DNA of 54,802 nt. Source: an uncultured Spirochaetales bacterium (lineage in GTDB: Bacteria > Spirochaetota > Spirochaetia > CAZAKE01). The stretch lies in assembly GCA_964485495.1 (NCBI GenBank), contig CAZAKE010000005.1:8798-63599 (forward strand), given 5' to 3'. Position 1 is the stretch's first letter. Each line of letters begins with the position of its first letter. Positions 31,341 to 40,783 of this stretch are shown piece after piece. The notes below the pieces were generated by a model. It was not told where the DNA came from, made no database searches, and saw only the letters and a program-made list of their open reading frames with translations. The translations under genes and the position numbers were made by a program.

Positions 31341-32486
31341 CTACGCAGGCTCCTGCGAAGGATCGTTCAAGGGCCCTTCCGTAGACTCCCGAGTGATATA
31401 CCCGCCGCCGAGGATGATGTCGCCCCGGTAGAAGACCGCCGACTGTCCCGGTGCGACGACTACCGGTTTCTCAGTTTCGACGAGACATTCGGATCCGGTT
31501 TCGGAGGTGACGCGGCAGCGAACCTCGGCGGAGTTGTACCGGACCCGCACCAGGCACTCCATCGGTCCCGAACCGTCCCAGGTTGAATCCGGTCCGTTCC
31601 AGACGGTATCCACGGTGGGGAACCGATCGCGGCCGAGATCGTCCCGCCTGCCGACGGCTATCCGGTTCTCCGCCGGATACACGCCGGTCACATACCATGG
31701 TCCGCTCCCGAGACCCAATCCTCGGCGCTGGCCGACGGTGTAGTGGAGATACCCTCGGTGTCGTCCCAGGACGATACCGTCGGGGCCGACGATCGGCCCC
31801 GGACCGGGCATGATCAGCCGGTCTCCCAGGTAGTGCGCGATGAAATCCGTATACTCCCCCGTCACGAAGCAGGCATCCTGACTCTCCCTGACCTTCGCAC
31901 TCGGGAGCCCCAACTCCGAGGCCCGGCGGACTGCGTCGGCCTTCCGTATCTCACCAAGGGGAAACCGGACGAAGGGCAGGAGATCCGGAGGCACCCTATA
32001 CAGCATATACGCCTGGTCCTTGCGGGGATCGGCCGCCTTCCTGAGGTAGACCCGTCCGTTCCGTTCCACGGTTCGAGCATAGTGGCCTGTGGCAAAATAG
32101 AGAGGGTCATCCTCCGCGACGACACCCTCGTCACGGAGGGTCTTTCGGCAGGCCTCTCGAAAGGCGGTAAACCGGACGAGGCCGTTACAGCGTATACAGG
32201 GGTTGGGGGTTCTCCCGCGGACATACGCCTCGGCAAAATCACCGACAACCTCCCGATCGAACACCGATTCCATATCCAGTGTCAGGAAGGGCATCTCTAA
32301 CATCTCGGCCAGCCTCCGGGCGCGATCAACGGCTTCCGGATCACAGCATGGCGAGTCCGGCCACACGAAGTGACTCACGCCAACTACCTGATCCCACACA
32401 CCTCGATCACGCTCCTCTGCCAACGTATACGCCGCGACAGCCGAATCCACGCCGCCGCTCATGCCTATCGCAATTACGCGCTTCAT
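31341..32486 (-). CDS. mnmA: tRNA-specific 2-thiouridylase MnmA
   Basis: MKRVIAIGMSGGVDSAVAAY (PP-loop SGGxDS). ...NPCIRCN... Conserved C-terminal domain. Start chosen at MKRV (32486); the ORF track extends to 32522. Confidence 0.88.
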   Translation of the reverse strand: MKRVIAIGMSGGVDSAVAAYTLAEERDRGVWDQVVGVSHFVWPDSPCCDPEAVDRARRLAEMLEMPFLTLDMESVFDREVVGDFAEAYVRGRTPNPCIRCNGLVRFTAFREACRKTLRDEGVVAEDDPLYFATGHYARTVERNGRVYLRKAADPRKDQAYMLYRVPPDLLPFVRFPLGEIRKADAVRRASELGLPSAKVRESQDACFVTGEYTDFIAHYLGDRLIMPGPGPIVGPDGIVLGRHRGYLHYTVGQRRGLGLGSGPWYVTGVYPAENRIAVGRRDDLGRDRFPTVDTVWNGPDSTWDGSGPMECLVRVRYNSAEVRCRVTSETGSECLVETEKPVVVAPGQSAVFYRGDIILGGGYITRESTEGPLNDPSQEPA

Positions 32487-32661
32487 GTCCGAATTATTAC
32501 CATGCATATCAGGTTTCCGCAATCATCTCTCTCGGAATACGCGCCGTCACACCGCGGTGCCCCTCGAAACAGCAAAAAAAATCCTGACTCGTCTTGCATT
32601 TTCCGCCGAAAGGATGTATGTTTATGCGTCTATTTGGTATATTTATACAGAAGGTGCGGAT

Positions 32662-33123
32662 ATGCGGGAGCGAAACACCAGGTTGCAGGCCATCATGGAG
32701 ATCATCGAACAAAACAGAATAGAGAGCCAGGATGAACTCCTCGATCTTCTTCACGGGGCCGGATTCGAGGTAACCCAGGCCACCCTATCGAGGGATTTGA
32801 AATCCCTCAAGGTCGGCAAGGTCTCGGACGGCGGCAACGGCTATTACTATACCATGCATGGAGACACGGTTGCACCGGAGTCCATTCCCGACCTGGTGCG
32901 TGATATCCAGCGCGGGTTCATCGCTATTGAGTTCTCGGGGAATCTCGCGGTTATCCATACGTTGCCCGGTCACGCCGACAGCGTGGCCTTCGCCCTCGAC
33001 CGGATCGGGCCTACCGATATCCTCGGCACGGTGGCGGGAGACGACACGATCTTCTGTGTCCTCAAGGAGGAAGCATCAAAGGATGCGATCCTGCGGACGG
33101 TACACCAGAAGCGGCAACTATAG
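32662..33123 (+). CDS. argR: arginine repressor ArgR
   Basis: N-terminal winged HTH (IESQDELLDLLHGAGFEVTQATLSRDLKSL). C-terminal GTVAGDDTIFCV (arginine-binding GDDT motif). AAGGTG SD upstream. Confidence 0.88.
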   Translation: MRERNTRLQAIMEIIEQNRIESQDELLDLLHGAGFEVTQATLSRDLKSLKVGKVSDGGNGYYYTMHGDTVAPESIPDLVRDIQRGFIAIEFSGNLAVIHTLPGHADSVAFALDRIGPTDILGTVAGDDTIFCVLKEEASKDAILRTVHQKRQL

Positions 33124-33194
33124 AACCCGCAGTGAAACTTCCAGGCGGCAGGAGAGACGTCGATGATCGACATCACGATCGATGAGGAAAATCA

Positions 33195-34229
33195 ATGAAA
33201 GCAGCAATACTCGGGGCGACGGGCTATGTAGGGATGGTGCTCCTCAGGCTTCTCCAGGCACATCCACAGGTGGAATCGGTGATTCCGGTATCACGCTCGC
33301 AACAGGGCGAACTCGTGTCCGCCGGTGACCGGGGTTTTCCCGCGCAGGGCGGTAAATTCGGGCCGACTTCGGGTAGATACGTCTCCACGGAGGAGGCCTT
33401 GGCGCTAAAACCGGATGTGGTCTTCTCGGCGCTTCCCCATCTCGCGTCGGCGGAGGTGTGCCGGCCGTTCATCGGGAACTCGGTGGTGTTCGATCTGTCC
33501 GCCGATCTTCGGTTGAAGAACCCGGAGGATTTCCTCAACGCCTACGGCGAACCGTCGCCCTTTCCCGACCTATCGCGGAGGGCGGTATACGGGCTGGCGG
33601 AGATCTACCGAGAGGAGATCGCGAAGGCCGATCTGGTGGCGGTACCCGGGTGCTACCCCACCGCCACCCTGCTCCCGCTGCTGCCGGTACTCGCGGCGTT
33701 CGGAGCGGAGGGCCTCGTGACGGTAAACGCCCTATCCGGGGTCTCCGGCGCAGGCAGGAAGGTGAAGGAGAACTATCTCTTCTGCCGGCGGACGGAAAAC
33801 TGCGGAGCCTATGCCCCCGGCCGGTCTCACCGGCATATCGCCGAGATGGTACAGGAGAGTTCCGCGGTGGCGTCGGAGATCGACCTGATCTTCACGCCCC
33901 ATCTGGTTCCCCTGCACAGGGGCATGGCGGTGACCACCAGCCTCAGGACCCGCCGGCCGGTTTCCGATGAAGCGATCGCCGAGGCTCTCCGGAGCAGGTA
34001 TGCCGAATCCCCCTGTGTGTACCTCACCCCGGGACATCCCCCCGAGACCGCGGACGTCAGGGGCACCAACCGCTGCGACATCTCCTGGTATATCGACGGC
34101 CGAGACCTGTTCCTCTTCTCGGCCATCGACAATCTGATGAAGGGGGCCGCCGGTCAGGCGGTGCAGTGCATGAACATTCGACACGGATTCGGCGAGAGCG
34201 AGGGATTGCCCCTCGCGTCGATGGTGTAG
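33195..34229 (+). CDS. argC: N-acetyl-gamma-glutamyl-phosphate reductase
   Basis: MKAAILGATGYVGMVLLRLL (NAD-binding). Active-site region VPGCYPTA. Confidence 0.88.
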   Translation: MKAAILGATGYVGMVLLRLLQAHPQVESVIPVSRSQQGELVSAGDRGFPAQGGKFGPTSGRYVSTEEALALKPDVVFSALPHLASAEVCRPFIGNSVVFDLSADLRLKNPEDFLNAYGEPSPFPDLSRRAVYGLAEIYREEIAKADLVAVPGCYPTATLLPLLPVLAAFGAEGLVTVNALSGVSGAGRKVKENYLFCRRTENCGAYAPGRSHRHIAEMVQESSAVASEIDLIFTPHLVPLHRGMAVTTSLRTRRPVSDEAIAEALRSRYAESPCVYLTPGHPPETADVRGTNRCDISWYIDGRDLFLFSAIDNLMKGAAGQAVQCMNIRHGFGESEGLPLASMV

Positions 34230-34284
34230 CCGGCGTCCAAATGGCCGGGGCGGTAGGCGTAATGAGGAGATGTGAGGTGAGACG

Positions 34285-35070
34285 ATGCCCATAGGCGGTA
34301 TATGCATCAAGGCCGGAGGCCGGGCCACGGCCGACGCCGGCAAATTACGGGACCTGGTCCGGGAGATTGCGGCGCTCCGGAGAGAGCACCCGGTTGTGTT
34401 CATACACGGCGGCGGCGCGGAGGTCAGTCGGGTCAGCGGAATCTTCGGACTGGAGCCGATGTTTCGGGACGGAATCCGTCTCACGTCTCCGGAGGAGATG
34501 CCGATCGTAGACATGGTGCTGGCCGGTGGTGAAAACAAACGCCTGGTCAGGGCGTTCAACACCGCCGGGTGCGCGGCTGTTGGCATCAGCGGGGCCGATG
34601 GTCCCACGTTCACCGGGAAGAGCCTGGACGGTATCACCCGAACCGGCGCGGTGACACAAACCGACCTGCGCCTGCTGTCCGCCCTGATATCGGGCGGGTT
34701 TCTCCCGGTGCTCTCGTCGGTGTCCACGGACCGTGAAGGGGTCCCCCTCAACATCAACGCGGACGAGGCCGCCCTCGCCGTGGCGGTGGGAATGCAGGCG
34801 GAACACCTGGTGTTCCTCTCCGATATTCCGGGGGTGCGGAAGGGAGAGGAGATCATGGGAGAACTCGATCGACCCGCCGTCGAACGGGAGATCGAAGCGG
34901 GAACCATCACCGGCGGCATGATACCGAAAGTCAGATCGTCACTAATGGCCCTCGACGAGGGGGTCGGAGAGATCATCATCGGCGAATATACAAAACCAGG
35001 AGACCTGAAGAGACTACTGACGGGAGCCGTCGGCACCCAGCTGAATATCCATAGTTGCACCAACACATGA
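34285..35070 (+). CDS. argB: acetylglutamate kinase
   Basis: VVFIHGGGAEVS. Amino-acid kinase family fold. Conserved order after argC. Confidence 0.85.
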   Translation: MPIGGICIKAGGRATADAGKLRDLVREIAALRREHPVVFIHGGGAEVSRVSGIFGLEPMFRDGIRLTSPEEMPIVDMVLAGGENKRLVRAFNTAGCAAVGISGADGPTFTGKSLDGITRTGAVTQTDLRLLSALISGGFLPVLSSVSTDREGVPLNINADEAALAVAVGMQAEHLVFLSDIPGVRKGEEIMGELDRPAVEREIEAGTITGGMIPKVRSSLMALDEGVGEIIIGEYTKPGDLKRLLTGAVGTQLNIHSCTNT

Positions 35071-35095
35071 ACACAGAGGAAAGGAGAGAGACGAG

Positions 35096-36382
35096 ATGGA
35101 GAACGACAACAAGAAAAATACGATCAAGAAGATCGTGCTGGCCTATTCCGGCGGGCTGGACACATCGATCATCATACCTTGGCTGAAGGAGAACTACTCC
35201 GGTGCCGAGGTGATCGGCGTATGCACCAATGTAGGCCAGGACGAGGATTGGGAACACATGGATGAGAAAGCCAAGAAATCCGGTGCCTCCAAGCTCTACA
35301 TTCGGGACATCAGGGACGAGTTCGCCCGGGAGTTCCTGTTTCCCATGGTCCGCGCCGGAGCGGTGTACGAGGGCAAGTACCTTCTCGGTACCTCAATCGC
35401 CAGACCCCTGCAGGCCAAGCACGTGGCCGAGGTCGCCCTGGCCGAGGGCGCCGACGCCGTAGCTCACGGATGCACCGGCAAAGGCAACGATCAGGTGCGG
35501 TTCGAACTCACCTTCAAGGCATTGGCCCCCAATCTGGAGATCATCGCTCCGTGGAGGATCTGGGAGATCAGGTCGAGAGAGGCGGCCATCGAATACGCTA
35601 AATCCAAGAACATCCCCCTCGGAGACATCTCCAAGACAAACATCTACTCCCGGGACTGGAACATATGGCACATGAGCCACGAGGGCGGCGACCTGGAAAA
35701 CCTCTGGAACCGCCCCACGGAGGAGATGTTCCGGCTCTCCAAGTCTCCGAAAGACGCTCCCGACGCGGAGACCGAAATCACCATCGACTTCGAACAGGGT
35801 TTCGCGGTAGGCCTGAACGGCGAGACTATGGAACCGGTGAAGCTGCTGAATGAACTCAACAGGATCGGAGGTGAGAACGGCATCGGCCGAGCGGATATGG
35901 TGGAGACCAGGATCGTCGGCATGAAGAGCCACGGTATCTACGAGACTCCTGCCGGGACGATCCTGCATACCGCCCTCCGGGAGCTCGAGATGATCACCAT
36001 GGAATCGGACACCCTGGCATTCAAGAACAGCATGGCAATCCGGTACGCCGACCTGGTCTATACCGGAAAGTGGTTCACCACCTTCCGTGAGTCGATGGAC
36101 GCCTTCCTGAACACCGCATGCAAGTGGGTCACCGGGTCCATTCGGCTGGTCCTCTACAAGGGCAACATCATCGTGTCCGGCCGCAAGTCGGAATACTCCC
36201 TCTATTTGGAAGATCTTGCATCTTTCGGGGAGAGTACCTATGATCACAAGGACGCGACGGGATTCATCAACCTGTATGGCCTGTCTACCGGGGTGACCTC
36301 GATGGTGCACAGGAGAATACCCGGAAAGCGCGGTGAGGCGCAGGACATGACCGAGATTGCCTCCACCTTTCACGAACGGTAA
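35096..36382 (+). CDS. argG: argininosuccinate synthase
   Basis: KIVLAYSGGLDTSIIIPWLKE (PP-loop). ...GCTGKGNDQVRFE. GGAGAG SD upstream. Confidence 0.92.
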   Translation: MENDNKKNTIKKIVLAYSGGLDTSIIIPWLKENYSGAEVIGVCTNVGQDEDWEHMDEKAKKSGASKLYIRDIRDEFAREFLFPMVRAGAVYEGKYLLGTSIARPLQAKHVAEVALAEGADAVAHGCTGKGNDQVRFELTFKALAPNLEIIAPWRIWEIRSREAAIEYAKSKNIPLGDISKTNIYSRDWNIWHMSHEGGDLENLWNRPTEEMFRLSKSPKDAPDAETEITIDFEQGFAVGLNGETMEPVKLLNELNRIGGENGIGRADMVETRIVGMKSHGIYETPAGTILHTALRELEMITMESDTLAFKNSMAIRYADLVYTGKWFTTFRESMDAFLNTACKWVTGSIRLVLYKGNIIVSGRKSEYSLYLEDLASFGESTYDHKDATGFINLYGLSTGVTSMVHRRIPGKRGEAQDMTEIASTFHER

Positions 36383-36471
36383 TTCGGAACGGTGAACCGG
36401 AGCCGCCTCCGCCTCATGCGCTGCAGGCGGCTTCACGGTATGCTATTCGTCACGCCGACTCGAGGACCCAT

Positions 36472-36960
36472 ATGAAAATACAAATACGGCCGGCCACGCT
36501 GGCCGACGTAGACGCAATCTTCCAACTGACGAACCGGATGTCCCAGAACGGTTTCATGCTGCCCCGCAGCAAGTACAAGATCGTCACCATGATCACGAAT
36601 TTCATGGTGGCCGAGGCGGTCGTACCGGAGGAGAATGCATCGAGATCTGAGGCTGCAATCATCGGATGCGGCGCCTTCAGTCCGTTGTGGACGGACCTGG
36701 GAGAGATCTGTGCCTTGGCGGTGGATGAGGGGCACCAGGCCAAGGGTATCGGACGCGACCTGGTCAACGCGCTGATAGAGAGGGGCCGTGAACTTCACGT
36801 TCCCGAGATCATGGCGCTGACCTATCAGGTCGAGTTCTTCAAGAAGCTCGGGTTCAAGGTCGCGGATAAGGATAAATTTCCAAGAAAGGTCTGGCGGGAG
36901 TGTCTCGAATGTCCGAAGCTCGAACAGTGCGACGAAACCGCCGTACATCTGTTGCTGTAA
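36472..36960 (+). CDS. GNAT-family N-acetyltransferase, likely short-form N-acetylglutamate synthase given arg-cluster context
   Basis: GNAT motif A (ALAVDEGHQAKGIGRDLV). C-terminal CLECPKLEQC seen in single-domain NAGS. No argJ in the cluster. Confidence 0.55.
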   Translation: MKIQIRPATLADVDAIFQLTNRMSQNGFMLPRSKYKIVTMITNFMVAEAVVPEENASRSEAAIIGCGAFSPLWTDLGEICALAVDEGHQAKGIGRDLVNALIERGRELHVPEIMALTYQVEFFKKLGFKVADKDKFPRKVWRECLECPKLEQCDETAVHLLL

Positions 36961-37005
36961 CCACACATCAAATCGTGAAATGTTTGCGATCGAGGAGGAT
37001 CAATA

Positions 37006-38628
37006 ATGAGCGCTTCATCCCCCAATACCGGCAATCTCGGCTTTCGTGACATCGACACCTGCCCAGAGTTTTCAACCCTGCGGCAGTCGAAACCACCCGC
37101 CGGACTGAAGGAACTGTTGACTTCGGAGCGGATCGCGGACTGTGCGATACTCGCCGGCGGCGGCCTGACCTACAACTACGCGGCGAAACGGGTGGACGAC
37201 ACCGTGCTGGATCTCCTGCAAAGGTTGGCCGAACGGCAACAGCTGATCGAGAAATACCGAGCCCTGGCCGGCGGTGCGGTCATGAATACCGGCGAGGGCA
37301 GAAGAGTACTCCACCACCTGGCCCGCGGACAACTCGCAGGACCTGTCACAGCGGACGGGCGTGACGCCCGGACCTTTTACACAGAGCAGCAGGAGCGGGT
37401 AGCCGCCTTCGCCGAGGACGTCCATGCCGGGAGGATCCACGGGTCTACCGGCAAGAAGTTCGACACGGTCGTGCAGATCGGGATCGGCGGATCGGACCTG
37501 GGTCCCAGGGCCCTCTACCTGGCCTTAGAGCAGTTCGCCGCCGCCACACCCGAGGGCCTGAAGATGCGGGCCCATTTCATCTCCAACGTGGACCCGGACG
37601 ACGCCAACGCGGTCCTTACCGGCCTCGACTTCGAGCGAACCCTGTTCATCGTCGTATCTAAGAGCGGAACCACCCAGGAGACCCTCACCAACCGACAGTT
37701 CGTGTTGGATGCGATGCAGCGTGCGGCAGTTCCCGGGTTACACCCGGGCGCCCACATGATCGCGGTCACCAGCGAGACCAGTCCCCTGGCCAAATCCGAC
37801 GAGTACTCGATGAGCTTCTATATCGACGACTACATCGGCGGTCGGTATTCGTCGACCAGTGCGGTGGGAGGCGTCGTGCTGAGTCTGGCATTCGGCCCTG
37901 GACTTTTCGCCGACCTACTCGCCGGTGCCCACGAGGCCGACGCCGCCGCGCTGGAACCGGTCATCAGGAAAAACGCCGCCCTCATGGACGCCATGATCGG
38001 CATCTACGAGCGGAACGTGCTGGGGTATCCGGTGACGGCAATCCTCCCCTACAGCCAGGCCCTCTCCAGGTTCCCCGCGCATCTGCAACAACTCGATATG
38101 GAGAGCAACGGAAAGCAGGTCAACCGAGAGGGGAAACCCCTCGACTACGCCACGGGGCCGGTGATCTTCGGAGAGCCCGGCACCAACGGCCAGCACTCCT
38201 TCTTCCAACTACTCCATCAGGGAACCGACGTGGTACCCCTTCAATTCATCGGGTTCCGGAACTCCCAGACGCGGCCCGACGAACCTGATGAAGAGGGAAA
38301 GACCAGCCGAACGAAGCTCGCGGCCAATCTCGCGGCCCAGATCGTCGCCTTCGCCCTCGGCAAGGAGGCCGAAGACCCGAACAAAAACTTCCCCGGCGGC
38401 CGCCCGTCGAGCCTGATCCACGGCGATACACTGACTCCGGCCGCCCTCGGGGCGCTCCTCGCCCACTACGAGAACAAGGTGATGTTCCAGGGCTTGGCGT
38501 GGAACATCAACTCCTTCGATCAGGAGGGAGTACAGCTCGGAAAGGTGCTGACGAAACAGATACTCTCGGGGGAGAAACTCGATCCGGTGCTGCAGGCGTA
38601 CACGAGACTGCTGGGGGTGACAGATTAA
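37006..38628 (+). CDS. pgi: glucose-6-phosphate isomerase
   Basis: Long-type PGI. DTVVQIGIGGSDLGP (SIS GIGGS). FDQEGVQLGK C-terminal family motif. Confidence 0.9.
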   Translation: MSASSPNTGNLGFRDIDTCPEFSTLRQSKPPAGLKELLTSERIADCAILAGGGLTYNYAAKRVDDTVLDLLQRLAERQQLIEKYRALAGGAVMNTGEGRRVLHHLARGQLAGPVTADGRDARTFYTEQQERVAAFAEDVHAGRIHGSTGKKFDTVVQIGIGGSDLGPRALYLALEQFAAATPEGLKMRAHFISNVDPDDANAVLTGLDFERTLFIVVSKSGTTQETLTNRQFVLDAMQRAAVPGLHPGAHMIAVTSETSPLAKSDEYSMSFYIDDYIGGRYSSTSAVGGVVLSLAFGPGLFADLLAGAHEADAAALEPVIRKNAALMDAMIGIYERNVLGYPVTAILPYSQALSRFPAHLQQLDMESNGKQVNREGKPLDYATGPVIFGEPGTNGQHSFFQLLHQGTDVVPLQFIGFRNSQTRPDEPDEEGKTSRTKLAANLAAQIVAFALGKEAEDPNKNFPGGRPSSLIHGDTLTPAALGALLAHYENKVMFQGLAWNINSFDQEGVQLGKVLTKQILSGEKLDPVLQAYTRLLGVTD

Positions 38629-38779
38629 CGCGGAACATTTGTACTACCGACTGAGTCGATGATTTGGCCCGGCCGGCCGCATGATTGCCGAACAATTCGC
38701 GGTTACAGTAAGAAATAAAAAAACCCCTCAGGGAAAAGGAGGTAACAAAACCCTGAGGGGAACTGTAAAAAGGAGGTCG

Positions 38780-38911
38780 ATGAAAAAAGTTTCCTATGCC
38801 GCAATCACAATAGAAACAACATTCACCGTTTTAAGGTTACAACAAAAGTATGAAAAAAAGCAAAACGATGCACTGTTGCTGCGGGGTTCCCATCCGCACA
38901 TCGCCATATAA
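38780..38911 (+). CDS. possible small ORF (43 aa) with strong SD in the AT-rich island
   Basis: AAAAAGGAGGT 5 nt before ATG. MKKVSYAAITIETTFTVLRLQQKYEKKQNDALLLRGSHPHIAI. No homology recognised. Could instead be part of an sRNA. Confidence 0.25.
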   Translation: MKKVSYAAITIETTFTVLRLQQKYEKKQNDALLLRGSHPHIAI

Positions 38912-39039
38912 TACATTTATAGTATATCCACACCGTTTCATTAATTCAAGTGTTTTCTGATATTTTTCTCATTTTCGAGATTTTTGTCTATCGCCGATCT
39001 GCGAATCGACAATCACCACGGAAAATGGTGTACCCCGAA

Positions 39040-40371
39040 TCAGGTTTCTCCGCAGGAATTGTCCATCACTACCGGCTGACCCGTAGTCTCGAGCACGTCG
39101 CGCCACAGATCGCTCTCGGGGTCCACCACGTTTCGCCGAGATACCGCCACCTCGGTGGGGATATGGACGAAGGTGTCGTGTACGAGGCTGATCAGCATGC
39201 GAGTCCTGCCGGACATGGCGGCATGCACCGCGTGGTTACCGAGGCGGGCGCAGTAGATGGAGTCGTTCGGGTTGGCGGGCATGCTGCGGATCATGTAGCT
39301 GGGATCGATATACTTGAGGTTCACCTCCATGCCGGTGCGCTTGAAGTGGTCCGCGATCATGTCTCTGAGAAAGATGCCGATTGTCGGCAGCATCTTGTTG
39401 CCGGACGCGTCGGTCTGATCGGTGCCTTCCAGCAGGTTCTGTCCCGCGCCTTCGGCCACCAGGATTACCGCGTGTCCGCGGCTCTTGAGACGCTGCTTAA
39501 GGTGAGAAAAGAGTCCGCACTCCCCGTCCAATTCGAAGGGTATCTCGGGGATGAGTACGAAGTTCACCTCATTGGATGCCAGCGCGGTATGCGTGGCAAT
39601 GAATCCGGATTCGCGCCCCATCACCTTCACAAGCCCGATGCCGTTGATGGCGTCGTGGGCCTCTACATGCGCGCTGGATACCGCCTCGATGGCCTTGGAC
39701 ACCGCGGTCTCGAATCCGAACGAGCGTTGTATGAAGGCGAGGTCGTTGTCGATGGTCTTGGGGATTCCGATTACCACCACGTTCTGACCCCTCGACTCGA
39801 GTTCCTTGGCGATGGCCAGGGAGCCTCGCTGCGTGCCGTCGCCGCCGATGGTGAAGAGTATGTTGATGTTCATCCGCTGTATCGAATCCGCGAGTGAGGA
39901 GAGGTCGGCTCCGCCGCGGGACGACCCGAGGACCGTGCCTCCTCTCTTGTGGATGTCATCCACGAACGCGGGATTCAGGGAAATCGGTGCGAGATCGTAC
40001 TCCGGGAGGAGCCCCCGGTAGCCGTTTTGGATCCCGGTGATACGTTTCACTCCGTACCGATACCAGAGACACCGTACGATTGCCCGGATGACGTTGTTGA
40101 GTCCGGGACAGAGGCCGCCGCAGGTAACCACGCCGGCGTGGACCTGGCTGGGAGGAAAGTGGATCAACTCCCGGGGGCCCGCCTTCTCCAGGAGCCTGCT
40201 TTTATCGTACGACTCACACGGGGCATCCGGCATCACGTCGATGTCGTACAGGATGAACTCGTCATCCCGGACATAGTTGGCCAGTTTGTCACCATAGGTG
40301 GTGGACATCTTGATCGGCGATTTCGTCTTCGCTTCTCCGATCCTCGGAATGGAGAAATCAAGGTTCGGCAT
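39040..40371 (-). CDS. pfk: 6-phosphofructokinase, long PfkA-family type (ATP- vs PPi-dependence not resolved)
   Basis: GGLCPGLNNVIRAIV...TIGGDGTQRG...MGRESGFIA. Start at MPNLDF (ATG 40371) with GAGAGGAAA SD. The ORF-track N-terminal QDLQDLQDL extension is translation of the upstream 9-bp repeat array. Confidence 0.85.
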   Translation of the reverse strand: MPNLDFSIPRIGEAKTKSPIKMSTTYGDKLANYVRDDEFILYDIDVMPDAPCESYDKSRLLEKAGPRELIHFPPSQVHAGVVTCGGLCPGLNNVIRAIVRCLWYRYGVKRITGIQNGYRGLLPEYDLAPISLNPAFVDDIHKRGGTVLGSSRGGADLSSLADSIQRMNINILFTIGGDGTQRGSLAIAKELESRGQNVVVIGIPKTIDNDLAFIQRSFGFETAVSKAIEAVSSAHVEAHDAINGIGLVKVMGRESGFIATHTALASNEVNFVLIPEIPFELDGECGLFSHLKQRLKSRGHAVILVAEGAGQNLLEGTDQTDASGNKMLPTIGIFLRDMIADHFKRTGMEVNLKYIDPSYMIRSMPANPNDSIYCARLGNHAVHAAMSGRTRMLISLVHDTFVHIPTEVAVSRRNVVDPESDLWRDVLETTGQPVVMDNSCGET

Positions 40372-40390
40372 GTAGTGTTTCCTCTCTTCC

Positions 40391-40470
40391 AATAAATCCA
40401 ATAAATCCTGTAAATCCTGTAAATCCTGTAAATCCTGTAGATTTTGTAGATCCTGGTATTGTAGATATTG
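40391..40470. repeat. array of ~9 degenerate 9-bp tandem repeats in the pfk promoter / 5' region
   Basis: Direct read: aataaatcc x2, tgtaaatcc x3, tgtagattt, tgtagatcc, tggtattg, tagatattg. Minus-strand unit GGATTTACA. Confidence 0.85.
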
Positions 40471-40533
40471 TTTGTACCGATTATGCGCTGCCGACTCAGG
40501 ATACGAGAAAAAACCACCCCACGCAAGTCCTTT

Positions 40534-40690
40534 CAACAATTCGAAAAGCAAATTGAAAGGGTGACGTATATCGGTTCCTTCTTCTGCGATACCGGCATCG
40601 TTCCTCGTCGACGCCAGAGAAACGGTATGAAATACAGAGAATTGTGGCTATTTCAACTATAGCGGTAGCCATAGTTGGATAGCTGAGGCG
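40534..40690 (+). repeat. intergenic conserved element copy 1 (divergent), upstream of galE
   Basis: Shares CAAttCGAAAAG..GAAAGGG..CGTATATC.GTTCCTTyTTCTGCGATA....TCGTTCCTCGTCGACGCCAGAGAAA with copies 2 and 3. 3' hairpin CAACTATaGCGGTAGcCATAGTTG differs from copies 2 and 3. Confidence 0.7.
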
Positions 40691-40783
40691 TGGGCATTTA
40701 CATTTCCCCCACCGCCGGGTACCTTCCATGGATAGAGCGTGTGACGAAAATAGAAACGGTAGATAGACAGAAGGAGATATTCG

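Noticed and set aside
40391-40470. Tandem 9-bp repeats considered as a CRISPR array.
   Set aside because: Units are far too short, directly abutting with no spacers, and no cas genes are present. This is a promoter-region microsatellite/iteron array.
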